In this document: in pieces, positions 29,138-38,682 of the stretch | Position numbering within the stretch: the stretch's first letter is position 1 | Layout of the letters: every line of letters begins with the position of its first letter | NCBI GenBank assembly: GCA_963825055.1 | Contig: CAWGSK010000003.1 | Span: forward strand, 1-64,000 | Length of the DNA stretch: 64,000 bases | Origin: an uncultured Gemmatimonadales bacterium | Lineage (GTDB): Bacteria; Gemmatimonadota; Gemmatimonadetes; Gemmatimonadales; GWC2-71-9 | Direction: 5' to 3' | Notes under the pieces: generated by a model | The model's input: the letters and a program-made list of their open reading frames with translations, nothing else | What the model was told of the DNA's origin: nothing | Database searches by the model: none | Program-made: the position numbers and the translations under genes

Positions 29138-29677
29138 GTGGAAGAGCAAGAACTCATCCAGCGCGTGCTGCAGGGTGACGCATCGGCGGAGCGAACGCTC
29201 TACGAGGCGCACGTGGACCGGGTGTACCGGCTGGCGTACCGGATGACCGGGGAGCCCGACCAGGCCCAGGACTGTACGCAGGAAACCTTTGTCCGGGCGT
29301 TCGACCGGCTGGAGCAGTTCCGGGGCGATGCGGCATTCGCCACGTGGCTCACGGCCATCGCCACTTCGGTGGTCCTCAACACGCTCCGGAAGGTCAAGCG
29401 GTTCCGGCAGCGCGAGGCCAGCCTGGACGAATCGCTCCACGTGGCGGATGCGCCGCGCCGGAGCGACCCGGACCTGCGGGACCGGATGAAGGCCGCGATC
29501 GATGGACTGCCGACGGGGTACCGCACCGTCTTCGTGATGCATGACGTCGAGGGGTACACCCACGAGGAGATCGGCACGGCGCTGGGAGTGGCGGAAGGGA
29601 CATCCAAGGCCCAGCTCTCCAGGGCGCGGGCGCGGTTACGCGAGGTACTGGCGGATTTTGCCGGAGAGTGCGCATGA
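29138..29677 (+). CDS. ECF RNA polymerase sigma factor
   Basis: AQDCTQETF, F.TWL and HEEIG..LGV..GTSKAQLSRAR. Confidence 0.93.
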   Translation: MEEQELIQRVLQGDASAERTLYEAHVDRVYRLAYRMTGEPDQAQDCTQETFVRAFDRLEQFRGDAAFATWLTAIATSVVLNTLRKVKRFRQREASLDESLHVADAPRRSDPDLRDRMKAAIDGLPTGYRTVFVMHDVEGYTHEEIGTALGVAEGTSKAQLSRARARLREVLADFAGECA

Positions 29678-30303
29678 CGGACGACGATCGGTTCGAGGCC
29701 TGGCTGAAGGACGCGGCGGCGGAATACCACGCCCCGCCCCCGGCCCCTCGTGAGGAAATGTGGGAAGCCATCCAGGCCCGCCGCCGCCGCGGCGCGGCGA
29801 CGGGCCGGCGGCCGGTGCGCTGGCTGGCCTGGGCGGCAGGGATTGCCGCCGTGCTGGCGGTGGGTGTGGGCCTGGGGCGGTGGTCAAACTCCACCTCCAC
29901 CGGTACTACCGGAACCCCGCCGGCTCCCGTCGCGGCGGCTCCGGATTCCGGACCCGACCCGGCGTACCGGCTGGCGGCGACGGAATATCTGAGCCGCACG
30001 GAGGTGTTCCTGACCGATTTCCGGCAGGAAGAGGCGGCCGGCCGGGTGGATTCGGCGGCTGGCCGGCACGCCCGGGCGCTCCTGGCGGACAACCGGCTGC
30101 TACTGGATTCACCCGCGGCCCGGGACGCCCGGCTCAAGGCGCTGCTCGAGGAGTTGGAGCTGGTCCTGGCTGAAATCAGCCAGCTCTCCGAAACAGAGCA
30201 GCCCGGCGAGCGCGACATGATCACGAACGGACTGGACGATGGAGACCTGATGCTACGGCTGCGCACCGCAGTCCCGGCGGGTCTCACGATTGCAGGAACC
30301 TGA
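29674..30303 (+). CDS. Putative single-TM anti-sigma factor
   Basis: ATGA overlap with the sigma gene; short N-domain, TM segment and periplasmic helical domain. Confidence 0.7.
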   Translation: MTDDDRFEAWLKDAAAEYHAPPPAPREEMWEAIQARRRRGAATGRRPVRWLAWAAGIAAVLAVGVGLGRWSNSTSTGTTGTPPAPVAAAPDSGPDPAYRLAATEYLSRTEVFLTDFRQEEAAGRVDSAAGRHARALLADNRLLLDSPAARDARLKALLEELELVLAEISQLSETEQPGERDMITNGLDDGDLMLRLRTAVPAGLTIAGT

Positions 30304-30313
30304 GGAGATACTG

Positions 30314-31774
30314 ATGCGACCGATGACCACGATGATGCTGGCGCTGGCCTTCACGCTTCCCCTGGCGGGGGGCGGAGCCGCGCCCAGGTTCCGGAGCGCG
30401 CCGGCCAGCCCGGCGGCGGCGCCCCAGGACGGCCCGGCCACGATGCCGCCGGCCTCCTGGCTCCCGGACGACCCCGCCGACTCGCTCTATCGCGAGGCGC
30501 GGGCGGCGCTCCGGCGGAACGAGTACAGCCAGGCCGCCCGGCTCTTCAACGAGATTCGCGTGAAGTACCCGAAGTCCGGGTACGTGGCCGACGCCTACTA
30601 CTGGGAGGCGTTCGCCCTCTACCGGACCGGTGAGACGGACAAGTTGCGGCGGTCGGTGGCCCTGCTCGAGCGCCAGTCGGAGCAGTACCCGAAGGCGTCC
30701 ACCCACGGCGATGCGGATGCCCTCCTGGCGCGGGTGCATGGGGAGCTGGCAAAGCGCGGCGACCAGAACTCGGTGATCTACATCAATGATGCGGTCGAAC
30801 CACCCTCGCCGCCGGAACCGGCCGCGATCGGCAGGGCCCCCCGCCCGCCTCGCGCACCGCGGGTCGGTCGGGACGCGCGGGTGGCCGTCTCCAGCAACGA
30901 CTGCGACGATGCCGATGACACCCGGATGATGGCGCTCAACGCGCTGCTCCAGATGGACTCCGAGCGCGCCATGCCCATCCTGGAGAAGGTGCTGGCCCGT
31001 CGGGAGGAGGGCACGGTCTGCCTCCGGCGGAAGGCCGTGTTCCTCCTCTCCCAGAAGGGTGGCGACCGGACGACCACGGTGCTGCTGGACGTGATCCGGA
31101 ACGACCCGGACCCGGAGGTGAAGAGCAGCGCCGTATTCTGGCTGTCGCAGGCCGACGCCAGCGCGGCCGTGCCGGCGCTCGATTCCATCCTGCGCAGTAC
31201 GAACGATCCCGAACTCCGCGGGAAGGCGCTCTTCGCCCTCTCGCAGCAGGACTCCCCGGTCGCGCGGAAATCCCTCCGCGATATCGCCCGTCGGACGGAC
31301 GTACCGGAGGAGACCCGGGCCCAGGCCATTTTCTGGCTCGGCCAGCAGAAGGCGCCGGAATCCGGCGAGTTCCTCCGCTCGCTCTATTCGAGCGCCAACA
31401 GCAGCGAGCTGAAAGAGCGGATCCTCTTCTCCGTTGCCCAGAGTAACGATCCGCAGGCCAGGCAGTGGCTGCTCGGCATTGCGAAGAACCAGAACGAGAA
31501 CGTCGAGCAACGGAAGAAGGCGCTCTTCTGGTTCGGGCAGATGAAGGGCAGCGCCGGGGAGCTGGTCAGCCTGTACGACCAGGGCGACCGCGAGATGAAG
31601 GAACAGCTCATCTTCGGCTTCGCCCAGAGCAACGACAAGGCGGCCATGGACAAGCTGCTGGAGATCGCGAAGAACGAGAAGGATCCCGAGTTGCGCAAGA
31701 AGGCCATCTTCTGGCTCGGCCAGAGCAAGGACCCGCGAGCCATCGAGGTGCTGCAGTCGGTGATTGAGCAATAG
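30314..31774 (+). CDS. Secreted TPR + HEAT-repeat protein
   Basis: Signal peptide, YPKS..DAYYW TPR and repeated 'RKKAIFWLGQ' HEAT units. Confidence 0.85.
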   Translation: MRPMTTMMLALAFTLPLAGGGAAPRFRSAPASPAAAPQDGPATMPPASWLPDDPADSLYREARAALRRNEYSQAARLFNEIRVKYPKSGYVADAYYWEAFALYRTGETDKLRRSVALLERQSEQYPKASTHGDADALLARVHGELAKRGDQNSVIYINDAVEPPSPPEPAAIGRAPRPPRAPRVGRDARVAVSSNDCDDADDTRMMALNALLQMDSERAMPILEKVLARREEGTVCLRRKAVFLLSQKGGDRTTTVLLDVIRNDPDPEVKSSAVFWLSQADASAAVPALDSILRSTNDPELRGKALFALSQQDSPVARKSLRDIARRTDVPEETRAQAIFWLGQQKAPESGEFLRSLYSSANSSELKERILFSVAQSNDPQARQWLLGIAKNQNENVEQRKKALFWFGQMKGSAGELVSLYDQGDREMKEQLIFGFAQSNDKAAMDKLLEIAKNEKDPELRKKAIFWLGQSKDPRAIEVLQSVIEQ

Positions 31775-31872
31775 GCGGACAGGCGGACAGGCGGACAGAG
31801 CACCGCCTGTTCCACTTGCCACTCGCCACTCGCCACTCGCCATTTGCCGATTGCCGATTGCCGATTGCCGAT
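31775..31872. repeat. Tandem 8-mer (AGGCGGAC) and 7-mer (GCCACTC, GCCGATT) repeats
   Basis: Directly visible in the sequence. Confidence 0.9.
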
Positions 31873-31885
31873 AAACGGAGGAACA

Positions 31886-32665
31886 ATGCTCAAACGAATC
31901 ACTACCCTCGCGCTCCTGGGCGTTACCATCGGCGTCACCGGTCTTCCCGCCCAGGACCTCAGCACCCGCATCCAGCGGCTGGGGGACGGCACCGCGCACT
32001 TCGCCTTCACCTCCCGCCCGGGGATCTGCGGGAACGGTGGAGGCATGATCAATGACCGCCCCCGCGGCATGGTACGCAACCAGCGAGATGGGTGGAGCGA
32101 GGCGTGCACGGAGGGGCCGATACAGGTGGTGGTGCGCGTCTCGAACGGCAGGGCGACGAAACTGGATGCCTACGTCGGCGGCGACGGGAACCGCGGGTCC
32201 GCGGGAACTGACCTGGGCCGGGTCAGCGCGCCGGCGGCGGTGGACTGGTTGCTGAAGACGGCCGAAACCGCTGATGACCGGCCCGGAAGCGAGGCAATCT
32301 TTATCGCCACCCTGGCCGACAGTGTGACACCGTGGCCCCGGCTGTTCCGGATCGCCCGGAACCAGGACATCCGGCGCGATACCCGCCGGGCCGCAATCTT
32401 CTGGCTCGGCCAGGCCGCCGGCGACGCGGCCACCGAGGGGCTGGCAGGCATGGCGGAGGACGAGGCCGAGGACGACGATATCCGCTCCCACGCCATCTTT
32501 GCCCTCTCGCAGATGAAGGACCCTGCGGCCGTTACGGCGCTGATCCGGGTGGCGAAGACCAGCCCGAGCATCGAGGCCCGCAAGAAATCCATCTTCTGGC
32601 TGGGACAATCGGAGGACCCACGGGCGCTGGCGCTGTTCGAGGACCTGCTGACGAACGGGAGGTAG
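31886..32665 (+). CDS. Secreted HEAT-repeat protein
   Basis: GGAGG RBS, signal peptide and AIFWLGQ repeats. Confidence 0.85.
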   Translation: MLKRITTLALLGVTIGVTGLPAQDLSTRIQRLGDGTAHFAFTSRPGICGNGGGMINDRPRGMVRNQRDGWSEACTEGPIQVVVRVSNGRATKLDAYVGGDGNRGSAGTDLGRVSAPAAVDWLLKTAETADDRPGSEAIFIATLADSVTPWPRLFRIARNQDIRRDTRRAAIFWLGQAAGDAATEGLAGMAEDEAEDDDIRSHAIFALSQMKDPAAVTALIRVAKTSPSIEARKKSIFWLGQSEDPRALALFEDLLTNGR

Positions 32666-32679
32666 GGGGAGGCTGGGGG

Positions 32680-32840
32680 GCGGGTGTCGGGTATCGGGTA
32701 TCGGGCATCGGGTCGTTGAGCCGTTGGGGCGGCAGTAGAAGCGGCAAGTGGCAAGTGGCAAATGGAAGGGGGAGGCGGCTCAGGCCATCCCCATTTTCCG
32801 GTCCACCCTGTCCGTCCTGTCCGTCCTGTCCGCCCTGACA
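32680..32840. repeat. Tandem 7-mer (CGGGTAT, GGCAAGT) and 9-mer (TGTCCGTCC) repeats
   Basis: Directly visible in the sequence. Confidence 0.85.
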
Positions 32841-32860
32841 AATCCCTGACATTTCCCCGT

Positions 32861-32889
32861 GCAACCTTTTCGGGCCGGATTCCGTCTAA
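32861..32889 (+). promoter_or_regulatory. Putative ECF sigma promoter
   Basis: GCAAC-N17-CGTCTAA, a typical ECF -35 AAC / -10 CGTC pattern. Confidence 0.65.
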
Positions 32890-32934
32890 TAGGGTGCAAA
32901 CTGAAACGTTCACCCAACAGCCGGAAATGTCATA

Positions 32935-35586
32935 ATGGCCCTCCTCTCAGCCGGCCTGCTGCTGGCCACTGCGCTTCAGGCCACATCAGCGGCCCCCGTG
33001 AAGACCGAGCCCGCCAGGCCCCCTGCCATCCACGCCGCGCGGGTCAGCGCCGCCATCGCCATCGATGGCGCGCTGACCGAGAGCGTCTGGAGCGGCAGCC
33101 CGGTGACCGGCTTCCTGCAGCGGGATCCGAACGAGGGCCAGGCAGCCACGGAGCGGACCGAGGTCCTCGTCAAGTACGACGATGAGGCGATCTACATCGG
33201 CGCCCGGCTGTTCGACAGCTCCCCCGACTCCATCGTCGCGCGGCTGGCCCGGCGCGACACCTACACACCGGCTGACCGCTTCATGGTCTACCTCGACCCG
33301 TACCACGACGGCCGGAGCGGCTTCTACTTCGGGGTCAATGCCGCCGGCACGCTCTACGACGGGACCCTGCTCAACGACGACTGGGACGACGATTCCTGGG
33401 ACGGGGTCTGGCAGGCCGCCACCGTGCGGGACAGCGCCGGCTGGTCGGTGGAGATGCGGATCCCCTATTCCCAGCTCCGCTTCCAGCAGGCCGACGTCCA
33501 GACCTGGGGCGTCAACTTCGCGCGGGATATTGCCCGCCGGAACGAGCGGGACTACCTGGTCTACACGCCACGAAACGGCAGCGGGTTCGTGTCCCGGTTC
33601 GTCAACCTCTCCGGACTCGATAATATCCGGCCCCCCACCCGGTTCGAGGTGACGCCGTACGTCACCAGCCGGGCGGAGTTCACCGACCACGCGGCAGGCG
33701 ACCCGTTCAACGACGGCTCGACGTTCGGCAGCAATGTCGGCGCCGACGTCAAGCTCGGCCTCGGCAGCAACCTCACCCTGGACGGGACCATCAACCCCGA
33801 TTTCGGCCAGGTGGAGGTGGACCCGGCCGTGGTGAACCTGAGCGACTTCGAGACCTTCTTCCCGGAGAAGCGGCCGTTCTTCATCGAGGGGTCGAACATC
33901 TTCGATTTCGGTTCCGGCGGTGCGAACAACAACTGGGGCTTCAACTGGGGCAACCCGGACTTCTTCTATTCCCGGCGCGTGGGCCGAGCCCCGCAGGGCA
34001 GTGTTCCCGATGCCGACTACGTGCACAGCCCGAGCGGCTCGAGCATCATCAGCGCCCTCAAGCTCTCCGGCAAGGTCGGGAGCAACTGGAGCGTGGGCAC
34101 CATGCACGCGTTCACCGCACGCGAGATGGCGGACGTGGACCTGGCCGGCAGCCGCTCGAAGGTGGAGGTGGAGCCCCGCACGTACTACAGCGTGAGCCGG
34201 GCGCAGAAGGAGATCAACAACGGCGCGCAGGGCATCGGGTTCATCGGCACGGCCTCCGTCCGCGATTTCAATGACCCCCGCCTCCGTGACGAGATCAACA
34301 GCAGCGCCTTCACCGGCGGTGTGGACGGGTGGACGTTCCTGGACAGCGACCGCAAGTGGGTCGTGACCGGCTGGTTCGGCGCGAGCCGCGTGGCCGGCAC
34401 CGCGAGCCGGATCACGGACGTGCAGCGCACCTCGCTCCACTATTTCCAGCGCCCCGACGTCGATTACGTCAGCGTGGACTCCGGCGCCACCTCGCTCGCG
34501 GGCTACGGCGGCCGCGTGGCCCTCAACAAACAGAAAGGCAACTGGACGTTCAACTCCGCGGTCGGCGTGATGAGCCCCGGGCTGGACATGAACGACCTGG
34601 GCTTCCAGTTCCGGAGCGACATCATCAATACCCACGTCGTGGGCGGCTACAGCTGGACGAAGCCCGGCCGCATCATCCGCAACGCCCGGCTGAACACCGC
34701 GCTGTTCCGGAGCTGGAACTATGGCGGGGACGTCACCTGGACCGGGATCTGGGCCAACTCGAACGTCAACTTCACCAATTACTGGTGGGCTGGTGGGTTC
34801 TTCGCATACAATCCGGAAACCGTGAATACCCGCCTCACCCGGGGCGGCCCCGCGACCATCGGGCAGTCGGGCTTCGAGACCGGCGCCTGGGTCGGCACGG
34901 ACGACCGGAAGCCGGTCGTGTTAAGCCTCGAGGGACACCTGAGCCGCTACCAGGAAGACGCCGACCGCGGCTGGTCCGTCTACCCCGGCATCGAATACAA
35001 GCCATCGAGCAGCATGTCGCTCCGGGTGAGCCCTTCGTACGAGCGGAGCTACACCAGCGCGCAGTACGTCGGCACGTTCGGGGACCCCCAGGCCACCACG
35101 ACCTTCGGGAACCGGTATGTCTTCGCAAACCTCCAGCAGACATCCCTGTCGGCGAGCATCCGGCTCAACTGGATCTTCACCCCGACCATGAGCCTGGAGC
35201 TGTATGCCCAGCCGCTCATTGCCTCCGGCGACTACACCGGCTTCAAGGAACTGAAGCGGCCCCGGAGCTATGACTTCCTGACATACGGCGAGGACGGAAG
35301 CACGTTTGACGAGGCCACCCTGACCGCCGATCCGGACGGCGCCGGGCCCGCCGCGCCAATCCAGATCAGCAACCCGGATTTCAACTTCCGCTCGCTCCGC
35401 GGCAACGCGGTGCTCCGCTGGGAGTACATGCCCGGCTCCACGCTGTTCCTGGTGTGGACCCAGAGCCGCTCCGACTTCGAGGACATCGGCACCTTCCGGT
35501 TCGGGCACTCGGTCGGCCGTCTCCTCGATGCGAAGGCAGACAATATCTTCGCGGTGAAGCTGACGTACTGGTGGAATCCGCTGTGA
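32935..35586 (+). CDS. CBM9-like/DUF5916 outer-membrane protein
   Basis: IDG.L.E..W, WSVEMRIP, NPDFGQVE.D and FPEKRPFF motifs; beta-barrel-like C-terminus KLTYWW. Confidence 0.85.
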   Translation: MALLSAGLLLATALQATSAAPVKTEPARPPAIHAARVSAAIAIDGALTESVWSGSPVTGFLQRDPNEGQAATERTEVLVKYDDEAIYIGARLFDSSPDSIVARLARRDTYTPADRFMVYLDPYHDGRSGFYFGVNAAGTLYDGTLLNDDWDDDSWDGVWQAATVRDSAGWSVEMRIPYSQLRFQQADVQTWGVNFARDIARRNERDYLVYTPRNGSGFVSRFVNLSGLDNIRPPTRFEVTPYVTSRAEFTDHAAGDPFNDGSTFGSNVGADVKLGLGSNLTLDGTINPDFGQVEVDPAVVNLSDFETFFPEKRPFFIEGSNIFDFGSGGANNNWGFNWGNPDFFYSRRVGRAPQGSVPDADYVHSPSGSSIISALKLSGKVGSNWSVGTMHAFTAREMADVDLAGSRSKVEVEPRTYYSVSRAQKEINNGAQGIGFIGTASVRDFNDPRLRDEINSSAFTGGVDGWTFLDSDRKWVVTGWFGASRVAGTASRITDVQRTSLHYFQRPDVDYVSVDSGATSLAGYGGRVALNKQKGNWTFNSAVGVMSPGLDMNDLGFQFRSDIINTHVVGGYSWTKPGRIIRNARLNTALFRSWNYGGDVTWTGIWANSNVNFTNYWWAGGFFAYNPETVNTRLTRGGPATIGQSGFETGAWVGTDDRKPVVLSLEGHLSRYQEDADRGWSVYPGIEYKPSSSMSLRVSPSYERSYTSAQYVGTFGDPQATTTFGNRYVFANLQQTSLSASIRLNWIFTPTMSLELYAQPLIASGDYTGFKELKRPRSYDFLTYGEDGSTFDEATLTADPDGAGPAAPIQISNPDFNFRSLRGNAVLRWEYMPGSTLFLVWTQSRSDFEDIGTFRFGHSVGRLLDAKADNIFAVKLTYWWNPL

Positions 35587-35736
35587 TAGTGACTGGTGAC
35601 TGGTGACTAGTGAGTAGTGCTTGGAGTGCAGGCTCGTTCCTGGAGGACGATGCCTGGCGGTTACACCGGACTCACCCGTACCGACCGGGTGCCCACCCCC
35701 AAAGCACTAGTCACTAATCACTAGTCACCAGTCACT
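35587..35736. repeat. Inverted-arm element of 7-mer (TAGTGAC/TGGTGAC) repeats
   Basis: tagtgactggtgac...tagtgcttgg / aaagcactagtcact...gtcact; same family as 45297-45410. Confidence 0.85.
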
Positions 35737-35757
35737 GCCCTCCACTACCTTCCCTCC

Positions 35758-36846
35758 ATGTCCCACCGCTACCTCGTTGTAGTGCTTGGCCTCATCGCTG
35801 CCGCCTGCGACCATGCGCCTCCCGCGCCGGAGATGATCCACCTGGCCGCGGCGCGTGATACGGTGCTGGCTCCATACAACGAGATCACCGACGCTGCGTG
35901 GCTCAGCGATGACCGGTGGGTGCTCATCGCTCCCAACGAACCCGCCGTGGCCGTGGTGGACTTTGCCAGCGGAACCGCCTCACCATTCGGTGACCCGGCG
36001 GCGTTCAACCAGCCCTTCTCCATCTTCCGCTTCGGCGACAGCCTCTACATCGCGGACTGGGCCCGGGCGCAGCTCACGGTCTGGAGCCTCGACGGTCAGC
36101 TGCTCGACAGCGTGCCGGCCTCGGCAGCGGTTGCCGGGCACCTCCCGCGTGGCCGGGATGGCGAGGGCCGGTTCTACGTCCAGTCGAACCCCTCGCCGGG
36201 GCCGGACGGCAGCGGGCTGCTCGACAGTTCTTATGTGGTGCGGGGACCGGCGGACTTCGCAACGATCGACACCGTGGCGCAGCTTGCCCCACGGGACGTG
36301 GTCGAGGTCAGCGGAGCTGCGGGGAGGCGCTTCGAGCCCAGGCTGCTGAGCGGTTCGGACCTGTGGGGGGCGGAACCGGACGGATCAGTCTGGGTGGCAC
36401 GCGTGGACCAGAACCGGGTCCAGTGGGTGCGGCCCGACGGCTCGAGGGTGAAGGGCTCCGGCCTGCCCGACCCGGTGCTCACCGTGGAGGAGGGGGACCG
36501 GCGGCTGTTCCTGAACGAGTTCCCCGAGGAGCTCCGGAGCAACGCCGCCGAGATCCCCTTCGCGATCATCAAGCCGCCATTTACCGGGGCCATGACGGCT
36601 CCGGATGGCCACGTCTGGCTCCGGAAGACGGCCGCATACATCGACACCACCCGCACCGTTCAGGACGTGGATCGTGACGGTCGCCTCGCGGCCCACTACA
36701 GCTTTCCCGGCTACGGCCAGTTGATGGCCGCGGGCCGGGACAGGATTCTCGTGGTGGAAACGTGGAAACAGGGCGTTCGCCTGCTGCGCTATGACCTCAC
36801 GAGCCGGGCCGCTCCTCCCGGGCCCGATACCGCCGGAACGAACTAG
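35758..36846 (+). CDS. Beta-propeller-like lipoprotein
   Basis: AAAC lipobox; blade-like motifs (DGEGRFY, PDGSVW, PDGHVW). Confidence 0.75.
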   Translation: MSHRYLVVVLGLIAAACDHAPPAPEMIHLAAARDTVLAPYNEITDAAWLSDDRWVLIAPNEPAVAVVDFASGTASPFGDPAAFNQPFSIFRFGDSLYIADWARAQLTVWSLDGQLLDSVPASAAVAGHLPRGRDGEGRFYVQSNPSPGPDGSGLLDSSYVVRGPADFATIDTVAQLAPRDVVEVSGAAGRRFEPRLLSGSDLWGAEPDGSVWVARVDQNRVQWVRPDGSRVKGSGLPDPVLTVEEGDRRLFLNEFPEELRSNAAEIPFAIIKPPFTGAMTAPDGHVWLRKTAAYIDTTRTVQDVDRDGRLAAHYSFPGYGQLMAAGRDRILVVETWKQGVRLLRYDLTSRAAPPGPDTAGTN

Positions 36847-36875
36847 CCCTTACCTGTCCGCCCCGTCCGCCTTCT

Positions 36876-37598
36876 CTACTCCGACCTGTCCGCCGCCGCC
36901 GCCGCCGCGGCCGCGGCGGCCTTGTCCGCCTTCCGCCGGTTCCGCAGCTGCCCTTCCTCGTACCAGCGCCGGGTGATCTCGCCCGCCAGGTCGCGGTTAC
37001 CAAGCCCGAACGCCAGTCCGCTCGCCAGGGCGATCGCGCCCATGATCAGGACGAAGGCAGCGGTCACGATTTCCTCCGCCACCCCGATCTGCTGCAGCGC
37101 CATGAACACCGCGATGATCACTACGGCGGTCTTCGCCAGCTTCGCCACCATCGGCACGCCTTCGACCCGGCCGGCCGACGCGAGAATCAGGCCCCGGACG
37201 AACTCGCCCACGATGATGCCCATGATCACGATCACGATCCCGGCGATCAGCGTGGGGATGAAGGAGAGCATGAGCCCGAACATCTGGTTGATGCTCTCCA
37301 TGCCGAGCGCCGCGCTGGCAAGGAGGATCACGACGAGCATCACCAGCCAGAACAAGAGCTTGCCGACCGCGTGCACCGGGTCGAGATGCGGCCGGGCGCG
37401 GTCCACCGCCTCGGCAATGCCGCCTTCGCTCGCCATGCGGTTGAAATCGATGCGCTTGAGGAGCTGGTCCACCCAGCGCTCCACCTGCCGCGCAAGGATG
37501 TAACCGGCAAGCAGCACCAGCGCCGCGCCGATCAGCGCCGGCGCGAGCCGCACCAGCTCCTCGGCGCCCATCTGCAGCCGATTCAGAAGGTCATTCAC
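36876..37598 (-). CDS. TM-helix repeat / small mechanosensitive channel-like membrane protein (CmpX-like)
   Basis: Multi-TM; FIPTLIAG and LAFGLG motifs. Confidence 0.8.
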   Translation of the reverse strand: MNDLLNRLQMGAEELVRLAPALIGAALVLLAGYILARQVERWVDQLLKRIDFNRMASEGGIAEAVDRARPHLDPVHAVGKLLFWLVMLVVILLASAALGMESINQMFGLMLSFIPTLIAGIVIVIMGIIVGEFVRGLILASAGRVEGVPMVAKLAKTAVVIIAVFMALQQIGVAEEIVTAAFVLIMGAIALASGLAFGLGNRDLAGEITRRWYEEGQLRNRRKADKAAAAAAAAAADRSE

Positions 37599-37599
37599 G

Positions 37600-38634
37600 T
37601 CAGGTTACCTCGAGCACGAGTTTGCCTGCCTGCTCCCCAGCCTGGAGCCTGGCGACTGCTTCAGCGCCCTGCTCCAGCGGAAAGACACGATCGATCACGG
37701 GCCACAGCCTGCCGGCCCCCGCCAGCCGGACGATCTCCTGGTACTCCGCGTGATTGCCCATCGTGCTGCCCAGGATGGACCACTGGTACCAGAAGAGCTT
37801 CCGGACATCCGTCCGCACCATGGGGCCGGACGTCCCGCCACACGTCACGAGCCGGCCCTGACGGGCAAGACAGCGGAGGGATTGTTCCCAGGTCGCTTCG
37901 CCGACATGGTCCAGCACCACGTCCACACCACGCCGGCCTGTGAGGGAACGCACCTCGCGTGCCACGTCCTCGTTTGCGTGGTTCAGCGTGACGTCCGCCC
38001 CAAGGGTGCGGGCCAGGTCCAGCTTCGCGTCCGAGGAACTCGTCACGATGGCCGTCGCCCCGTTCAGCTTCGCAATCTGCAGTGCCGCGAGTGCGACGCC
38101 GCCGCCGATACCCCATATGAGCACCGTCTCCCCCGGACGGATATGCGCCCGGGTTACCAGCATCCGCCACGCGGTGAGGTTCGCCAGGCTGAAGGCCGCC
38201 GCCTCGGGCCACGGCATCGTTTCAGGCACGCGGCCGAGGTTGTGCGCGGGAACCACGGCGTACTCGGCCGCGGTGCCGGGGACGTGCTCGCCCAGCAGGC
38301 GGTACTGAATGCACAGCGAATGCTCGCCCGCCAGGCAGGGCTCGCACCGGTAACAGGAAATACCCGGGTTCACCATGACCCTGTCTCCGGGGGCGAAATC
38401 CCGTACGGTCGGGCCGACCGTCTCGACGATTCCCGCGGCATCACCGGCCATCACGTGCGGGAAATCGAGCGCCACGCCGGGCAGCCCGTCCATGACGAAC
38501 AGGTCGAGGTGGTTCAGCCCCGCGGCGTGCACCCGGATACGCACGTCGTCCGGCTCGCGCAGGTCCGGAATCGGAACATCCTGGACGACGAGCCGGTCCA
38601 GACCGCCGTGCGCGGTGAGGGTAAGTGCTTTCAT
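37600..38634 (-). CDS. Zn-binding alcohol dehydrogenase/quinone reductase family protein
   Basis: LNHLD, CxxCxxC..C structural zinc site and GIGGGVA. Confidence 0.9.
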   Translation of the reverse strand: MKALTLTAHGGLDRLVVQDVPIPDLREPDDVRIRVHAAGLNHLDLFVMDGLPGVALDFPHVMAGDAAGIVETVGPTVRDFAPGDRVMVNPGISCYRCEPCLAGEHSLCIQYRLLGEHVPGTAAEYAVVPAHNLGRVPETMPWPEAAAFSLANLTAWRMLVTRAHIRPGETVLIWGIGGGVALAALQIAKLNGATAIVTSSSDAKLDLARTLGADVTLNHANEDVAREVRSLTGRRGVDVVLDHVGEATWEQSLRCLARQGRLVTCGGTSGPMVRTDVRKLFWYQWSILGSTMGNHAEYQEIVRLAGAGRLWPVIDRVFPLEQGAEAVARLQAGEQAGKLVLEVT

Positions 38635-38682
38635 GGGTCGCGCAACAAGGTGCAGAGCCGGCACGTTCCGGTCAACCTGGAG

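Noticed and set aside
28671..29157. ORFs with ADCRLP/GQG repeats (also the 5' extensions at 31844 and 50201)
   Set aside because: Translations of intergenic 7-/9-mer DNA repeats; better starts exist downstream for the real genes.
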